A stretch of DNA of 64,000 nt. Source: the human T2T-CHM13v2.0 reference genome, Homo sapiens. A program made the position numbers and the translations under genes. The notes under the pieces were generated by a model. The model made no database searches. It saw nothing but the letters and a program-made list of their open reading frames with translations, and was not told where the DNA came from. Shown in pieces: positions 56,525-64,000 of the stretch. The stretch is taken from assembly GCF_009914755.1 (NCBI RefSeq), contig NC_060948.1, one strand, 5' to 3'. How positions within the stretch are numbered: position 1 is the first letter of the stretch; each line of letters opens with the position of its first letter.

Positions 56525-59500
56525 GGCCTGGAATAAAGTGGAATGCTACGGTCTCGAATGGAATAAAAATGTATGGAATGGAATGCAATGAAACGGAATC
56601 GAATGTCATAGAATGTAATGGAATGCAAAAAAATGGAATCCAAAATCATTGACTGGAAAGGCTGGGTGTCGAAAGGAATTGACTCCAATGGAATGGAATC
56701 GAATGGAATGGAAGTGAATAGAATCGAACTAAATCGAATGGAATGGAATTGATAGGAACGGAATGGAAAGGAATGCAATGATTTGGCATGGAATGGAATC
56801 GAATGGCATCGAATGGAATGGAATGGAATGCAATGGAATGGAATGTATTAGAATGTAATGAACTTTAATGGAATGTACTCGAATGGATTCGACTGGAATG
56901 GAATGTTCTGGAAGTGAATGGACTCCAATGGAATGGATTCCAAAGGAATGGAATCGTACGGAATGGAATCTAATGGAATGGAATTAAATGGAAATGAATC
57001 AAATTGAATAGCACGGAATTGAATTGAATGGAATGGAATGCAATGGAATCTAATGAAACGGAAAGGAAAGGAATGGAATGGAATGGAATGGGCTGGAATG
57101 GAAAGGAATCGAAACGAATGGAATGGAATCGAACTGAAGAGACTGGAATGGAATGCACTGGAATGGAAGGGAGTGTAATGGAAGGTTCTCGAAAAAAATG
57201 GAATCGAATGGAATGGAATTGAATGGAACGGAATAGAGTCGAATGAAATTGAATGGAATGGAATGGACTAGAGTGAAATGGAATCGAACCACAAGGAATG
57301 GACAGGAATAGAATGGTCTCGAATTGAATGGAATCGTATGGAATGGCATCAAACGGAATGGAATGGACAGCCACGGAATGGAATGCACTCGAATGCAATG
57401 GAGTCGAAACTAATGGACTGGAATAGAATGGACTCGACTGGTACGGACTCCAATGGAATGGAATCGAATGGAAGGGAATCGAACGGAATGGACTCGAAGG
57501 GAAAAGACTGCAATGGAAAGGTCTCGAATGGAATGCAAATTAATGGAATGGAATGGAATCGAATGAAATGGAGTCAAAAGGAATGGAATCGAATGGCAAG
57601 AAATCGAATGTAATGGAATCGCAAGGAATTGATGTGAACGGAACGGAATGGAATGGAATCCAAAGGAATGGAATAGAATGGAATGGAATCGAATGGAAAG
57701 GACTCGAATGGAAATCACTCGAATAGAATGCAATTTAATAAAATAGGATCAAATGTAATGGAATGGAATGGAAAGGAATCGAAACGAAAGGAATGGAGAC
57801 AGATGGAATGGAATGGAACGGAGAGCAATGCTATAGAATGGAATGGAATCATCTGGAATGGAATTGAATGGAATGGAATAATATGAAATGGAATGGAATG
57901 GAATGGAATGGAATGCCCTTGAATTAAATGGACTGGAATGGAATGGACTCCAACAGAGTGGAATGGAAAGTGTTGAGATAGAATGGAATGGACTCCTTTG
58001 GAATGGTCTAGTATGCAATGCAATCGACTGGCAGGGAATCAAAAGGAATGTAATCGAATGGATTGGACTGGAATGCAATGGACTCGAATAGATTGGAAAC
58101 GGAATGCAAAGGAATGGAATGGAATAGTATGGAATGGAATGGAAAGGAATGGAGTGGAATAGACTAGAGTGGAATGGAATGGACTGGAAAGCAATGGACT
58201 GGAATGGAACTTTCTTGAATGGACTGGAATCAAACGGAATGGAATGCAATGCAATCAAATGGCATGGAATAAAATAGAATGAAAGAGAATCAAATGGAAT
58301 TGAATCGAATGGAATCGAATGGATTGGAAAGGAATAGAATGGAATGGAATGGAATTGACTCAAATGGAATGGACTAGAATGGAATGGATTCGAATGGAAG
58401 GCAAAGGAATGGAATCTATTGGAATGGACTGTAATGGAATGGAACGGAAGGGATTGGAATGGACTCGAATGGAATGGACTGCAATAGAAAGGATTCGAAT
58501 GGAATGAAAAAGAATTGAATGGAATAGAACAGAATGGAATCAAATCGAATGAAATGGAATGGAATAGAAAGGAATGGAATGAAATGGAATGGAAAGGATT
58601 CGAATGGAATGCAATCGAATGGAATGGAATCGAACGGAATGGAATAAAATGGAAGAAAACTGGCAAGAAATGGAATCGAAATGAATGGAGTGTTATGGAA
58701 CGGACTCAAAAGGAATTGAATGTAATAGAATGGAGTGGAGTGGACTCGAATATAATGGACTGGAATGGAATGAAATCACATGGAATGGGAACGAATGGAA
58801 TGGAATGGAAAGGAATGGAATCGAATGGAAAGGAATCGAATGGAAGGGAATGAAATTGAATCAACAGGAATGGAAGGGAATAGAATAGACGGTAATGGAA
58901 TGGACTCGAATAGAATGGACACGAATGCTCAAATTGAATGGACTCGAAAGGAATGGAAAGGAAAGGAATGTCATCGAATGGAATTGAATCGATTGGAATG
59001 AAATCGCATAGAATGGAGTGGAATCAAATGGAATTGAATCGAAAGGAAAGGAAGCGAATGGACTGAAATGAAATGGAATGGAATTGAATGGAAAGTAATG
59101 CAATGGAATAGAATGGAACGAAATTTCACGGAATGGAATCAAACTGAATGGAATCAAATGAATGGAATCTAATCAAATGGAATGGAAAGGAATTGAATGG
59201 AGTAGATTGGATTGGATGGGATTGGAATGAAATGTACTGGAAAGGACTCGAATTTCATGAAACGGAATGGAATGAATTGGAACGGAATGGACTCGAATGG
59301 AATGGAATGTCATGGAATGGCATCAAATGGAATGGCATCAAATGGAATGGAATCGAATGCAATGGAATGTTATGGAATGGAATGGAATGCATTGGAATGG
59401 AATGTCCTCTAATGGAATGGATTCGAGTGGAATGGAATCGAATATAATGGAGTCGAATGAAATGGAATTGAAAGGAATGGGATCGAATAGAATGGAATAT

Positions 59501-60093
59501 ACTGGAATGTAATGTAATGAACTCGAATGTAATTGACTGGAATGGAATGTACATGAATGGAAGGTAATCGAATGGAAAGTAATCCAATGGAATACAATCT
59601 AATGCAATAAAACCGACTCAGATAGAGTAGAATGTAATGGAATGGAGTGCAGTGCAATGGAATGGAATGGAATTGAATGCAATGGAATGGAATGGAATGG
59701 AATGGAATGGAATGGAATGGAATGGAATGGGATGGAATGGTATGGAATGGATAGAAATGGACTGGAGTGAAATGGACTGGAAAGGAATGGACTCAAATTG
59801 AAAGGGCTCGAAAGGAATGGAGTCAAATGGAATGGTCTGGAATGGAATGAACACGAATGTAATGCAATCCAATAGAATGGAATCGAATGGCATGGAATAT
59901 AAAGAAATGGATACGAAGAGAATGGAAACAAATGGAATGGAATTGCATGGAATGGAATTGAATGGAATGGGAACGAATGGAGTGAAATTGTATGCAGTAG
60001 AAGGGAATAGAATGGAATGCAAGCGAAAGGAAAGGAATGGATTGGAATGGAATGGAATTCATTGGAATGGAAGGGAATGTAGTGTAATGGACA
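56525..60093 (+). repeat. DYZ1 monomer 17 (3569 bp)
   Basis: GGCC at 56525 and 60094. Confidence 0.92.
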
Positions 60094-63000
60094 GGCCTGG
60101 AATAAAGTGGAATGCTACGGTCTCGAATGGAATAAAAATGTATGGAATGGAATGCAATGAAACGGAATCGAATGTCATAGAATGTAATGGAATGCAACAA
60201 AATGGAATCCAAAATCATTGACTGGAAAGGCTGGGTGTCGAAAGGAATTGACTCCAATGGAATGGAATCGAATGGAATGGAAGTGAATAGAATCGAACTA
60301 AATCGAATGGAATGGAATTGATAGGAACGGAATGGAAAGGAATGCAATGATTTGGCATGGAATGGAATCGAATGGCATCGAATGGAATGGAATGGAATGC
60401 AATGGAATGGAATGTATTAGAATGTAATGAACTTTAATGGAATGTACTCGAATGGATTCGACTGGAATGGAATGTTCTGGAAGTGAATGGACTCCAATGG
60501 AATGGATTCAAAAGGAATGGAATCGTACGGAATGGAATCTAATGGAATGGAATGAAATGGAAATGAATCAAATTGAATAGCACGGAATTGAATTGAATGG
60601 AATGGAATGCAATGGAATCTAATGAAACGGAAAGGAAAGGAATGGAATGGAATGGAATGGGCTGGAATGGAAAGGAATCGAAACGAATGGAATGGAATCG
60701 AACTGAAGAGACTGGAATGGAATGCACTGGAATGGAAGGGAGTGTAATGGAAGGTTCTCGAAAAAAATGGAATCGAATGGAATGGAATTGAATGGAACGG
60801 AATAGAGTCGAATGGAATTGAATGGAATGGAATGGACTAGAGTGAAATGGAATCGAACCACAAGGAATGGAGAGGAATAGAATGGTCTCGAATTGAATGG
60901 AATCATATGGAATGGCATCAAACGGAATGGAATGGACAGCCACGGAATGGAATGCACTCGAATGCAATGGAGTCGAAACTAATGGACTGGAATAGAATGG
61001 ACTCGACTGGTACGGACTCCAATGGAATGGAATCGAATGGAAGGGAATCGAACGGAATGGACTCGAAGGGAAAAGACTGCAATGGAAAGGTCTCGAATGG
61101 AATGGAAATTAATGGAATGGAATGGAATCGAATGAAATGGAGTCAAAAGGAATGGAATCGAATGGCAAGAAATCGAATGTAATGGAATCGCAAGGAATTG
61201 ATGTGAACGGAACGGAATGGAATGGAATCCAAAGGAATGGAATAGAATGGAATGGAATCGAATGGAAAGGACTCGAATGGAAATCACTCGAATAGAATGC
61301 AATTTAATAAAATAGGATCAAATATAATGGAATGGAATGGAAAGGAATCGAAACGAAAGGAATGGAGACAGATGGAATGGAATAGAACAGAGAGCAATGG
61401 TATAGAATGGAATGGAATCATCTGGAATGGAATTGAATGGAATGGAATAATATGAAATGGAATGGAATGGAATGGAATGGAATGCCCTTGAATTAAATGG
61501 ACTGGAATGGAATGGACTCGAACAGAGTGGAATGGAAAGTGTTGAGATAGAATGGAATGGACTCCTTTGGAATGGTGTAGTATGCAATGCAATCGACTGG
61601 CAGGGAATCAAAAGGAATGTAATCGAATGGATTGGACTGGAATGCAATGGACTCGAATAGATTGCAAACAGAATGCAAAGGAATGGAATGGAATAGTATG
61701 GAATGGAATGGAAAGGAATGGAGTGGAAAGGAATGGAGTGGAATAGACTAGAGTGGAATGGAATGGACTGGAAAGCAATGGACTGGAATGGAACTTTCTT
61801 GAATGGACTGGAATCAAACGGAATGGAATGCAATGCAATCAAATGGCATGGAATAAAATAGAATGAAAGAGAATCAAATGGAATTGAATCGAATGGAATC
61901 GAATGGATTGGAAAGGAATAGAATGGAATGGAATGGAATGGACTCAAATGGAATGGACTAGAATGGAATGGATTCGAATGGAAGGCAAAGGAATGGAATC
62001 TATTGGAATGGACTGTAATGGAATGGAATGGAAGGGATTGGAATGGACTCGAATGGAATGGACTGCAATAGAAAGGATTTGAATGGAATGAAAAAGAATT
62101 GAATGGAATAGAACAGAATGGAATCAAATCGAATGAAATGGAATGGAATAGAAAGGAATGGAATGAAATGGAATGGAAAGGATTCGAATGGAATGCAATC
62201 GAATGGAATGGAATCGAACGGAATGGAATAAAATGGAAGAAAACTGGCAAGAAATGGAATCGAAATGAATGGAGTGTTATGGAACGGACTCAAAAGGAAT
62301 TGAATGTAATAGAATGGAGTGGAGTGGACTCGAATATAATGGACTGGAATGGAATGAAATCACATGGAATGGGAACGAATGGAATGGAATGGAAAGGAAT
62401 GGAATCGAATGGAAAGGAATCGAATGGAAGGGAATGAAATTGAATCAACAGGAATGGAAGGGAATAGAATAGACGGTAATGGAATGGACTCGAATAGAAT
62501 GGACACGAATGCTCAAATTGAATGGACTCGAATGGAATGGAAACGAAAGGAATGTCATCGAATGGAATTGAATCGATTGGAATGAAATCGCATAGAATGG
62601 AGTGGAATCAAATGGAATTGAATCGAAAGGAAAGGAAGCGAATGGACTGAAATGAAATGGAATGGAATTGAATGGAAAGTAATGCAATGGAATAGAATGG
62701 AACGAAATTTCACGGAATGGAATCAAACTGAATGGAATCAAATCAATGGAATCAAATCAAATGGAATGGAAAGGAATTGAATGGAGTAGATTGGATTGGA
62801 TGGGATTGGAATGAAATGTACTGGAAAGGACTCGAATTTCATGAAACGGAATGGAATGAATTGGAACGGAATGGACTCGAATGGAATGGAATGTCATGGA
62901 ATGGCATCAAATGGAATGGTATCAAATGGAATGGAATCGAATGCAATGGAATGCTATGGAATGGAATGGAATGCATTGGAATGGAATGTCCTCTAATGGA

Positions 63001-63667
63001 ATGGATTCGAGTGGAATGGAATCGAATATAATGGAGTCGAATGAAATGGAATTGAAAGGAATGGGATCGAATACAATGGAATATACTGGAATGTAATGTA
63101 ATGAACTCGAATGTAATTGACTGGAATGGAATGTACATGAATGGAATGTAATCGAATGGAAAGTAATCCAATGGAATAGAATCTAATGCAATAAAATCGA
63201 CTCAGATAGAGTAGAATGTAATGGAATGGAGTGCAGTGCAATGGAATGGAATGGAATGGAATGCAATGGAATGGAATGGAATGGAATGGAATGGAATGGG
63301 ATGGGATGGAATGGTATGGAATGGATAGTAATGGACTGGAGTGAAATGGACTGGAAAGGAATGGACTCAAATTGAAAGGGCTCGAAAGGAATGGAGTCAA
63401 ATGGAATGGTCTGGAATGGAATGAACACGAATGTAATGCAATCCAATAGAATGGAATCGAATGGCATGGAATATAAAGAAATGGAATCGGAGAGAATGGA
63501 AACAAATGGAATGGAATTGAATGGAATGGAATTGAATGGAATGGGAACGAATGGAGTGAAATTGTATGCAGTAGAAGGGAATAGAATGGAATGCAAGCGA
63601 AAGGAAAGGAATGGATTGGAATGGAATGGAATTCATTGGAATGGAAGGGAATGTAGTGTAATGGACA
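60094..63667 (+). repeat. DYZ1 monomer 18 (3574 bp)
   Basis: GGCC at 60094 and 63668. Confidence 0.92.
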
Positions 63668-64000
63668 GGCCTGGAATAAAGTGGAATGCTACGGTCTCGA
63701 ATGGAATAAAAATGTATGGAATGGAATGCAATGAAATGGAATCGAATGTCATAGAATGTAATGGAATGCAAAAAATGGAATCCAAAATCATTGACTGGAA
63801 AGGCTGGGTGTCGAAAGGAATTGACTCCAATGGAATGGAATCGAATGGAATGGAAGTGAATAGAATCGAACTAAATCGAATGGAATGGAATTGATAGGAA
63901 CGGAATGGAAAGGAATGCAATGATTTGGCATGGAATGGAATCGAATGGCATCGAATGGAATGGAATGGAATGCAATGGAATGGAATGTATTAGAATGTAA
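63668..64000 (+). repeat. DYZ1 monomer 19 (partial, truncated by the window end)
   Basis: GGCC at 63668 followed by the standard monomer start. Confidence 0.9.

Larger units (their letters stand above)
1..64000 (+). repeat. DYZ1: Human satellite 3 (GGAAT)n tandem array, DYZ1 family (Yq12 heterochromatin), about 3.56-kb higher-order monomer
   Basis: Seen: continuous degenerate GGAAT pentamers on the + strand, with unique landmarks (GGCC/StuI, GAATTC, GGCTGGGTGTCG, CAGCCACGG, GCCCTTG, GTCCTCT) recurring every ~3.55-3.57 kb. Knowledge: DYZ1 is the Y-specific HSat3 with a ~3.56-kb monomer cut once by HaeIII and EcoRI. The sequences GGACAGGCCTGGAATAAAGTGGA and TTGAATGGAATGGGAACGAATGG match the classical DYZ1 sexing primers as I recall them (not verified by search). 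Confidence 0.95.

Noticed and set aside
506-63920. Hundreds of ORFs rich in MEWNG (+ strand) or HSIPF (- strand), including 443 aa at 31138-32469 and 418 aa at 36040-37296
   Set aside because: GGAAT and ATTCC repeats contain no stop codon in any frame, so long ORFs arise automatically. The translations are the five-residue cycle of the pentamer, overlap in all frames, have no recognisable domain, and are extended or broken by random indels.
1-64000. CRISPR-like or other prokaryotic repeat-spacer system
   Set aside because: There are no unique spacers, no cas or other genes, and the sequence between landmarks is itself repeated nearly identically every 3.56 kb.
1-64000. HSat2 or the chromosome 9 HSat3 array as alternative identities
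   Set aside because: It lacks the dominant CATTCGATTC/ATGATG-type HSat2 pattern. The ~3.56-kb monomer with single HaeIII and EcoRI sites and the DYZ1-type landmark fits Yq12 DYZ1.
1-64000. DYZ2 (HSat1B/AluY) blocks, L1 or Alu insertions, strand inversions
   Set aside because: I saw no AT-rich non-pentamer segment, Alu sequence or switch to the CATTC strand, and monomer spacing leaves no room for an insertion.
1-64000. An annotated ncRNA gene (Sat III or DYZ1 transcripts)
   Set aside because: Such transcripts are reported for the family, but nothing in this sequence defines a start, an end or which monomer is transcribed.
1-64000. A strict regular super-HOR (fixed n-monomer period)
   Set aside because: Shared variants pair monomers at lags of 1, 3, 4, 5 and 6 over limited tracts. 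The pattern is a mosaic, not one periodic higher-order repeat.

Overview
The whole 64-kb window is one uninterrupted, single-orientation (GGAAT)n satellite-3 array. Its higher-order monomer of about 3.56 kb matches human DYZ1 (HSat3 of Yq12 heterochromatin). Anchoring on the once-per-monomer GGACAGGCCTGGAATAAAGTGG landmark (HaeIII/StuI site) gives 18 complete monomers (61-63667) with lengths 3134, 3529, 3569, 3554, 3548, 3558, 3568, 3574, 3512, 3548, 3574, 3558, 3558, 3562, 3569, 3549, 3569 and 3574 bp, plus partial ends. I found no genes, RNA genes, transposons, DYZ2/Alu blocks or inversions, and every ORF in the track is an artefact of the pentamer repeat. I see no new protein-coding system. 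The structure worth a second look is non-coding: three perfect HSF1 heat-shock elements per intact monomer in a TEAD-motif background, a 440-bp internal deletion in monomer 1, a lost HaeIII site, shared-variant footprints of 1-, 3-, 5- and 6-monomer duplications or conversions, a dense substitution patch at about 55.4 kb, a bias toward 15-bp indels, and an internal pure-pentamer VNTR. All comparisons were made by eye and need alignment to confirm.
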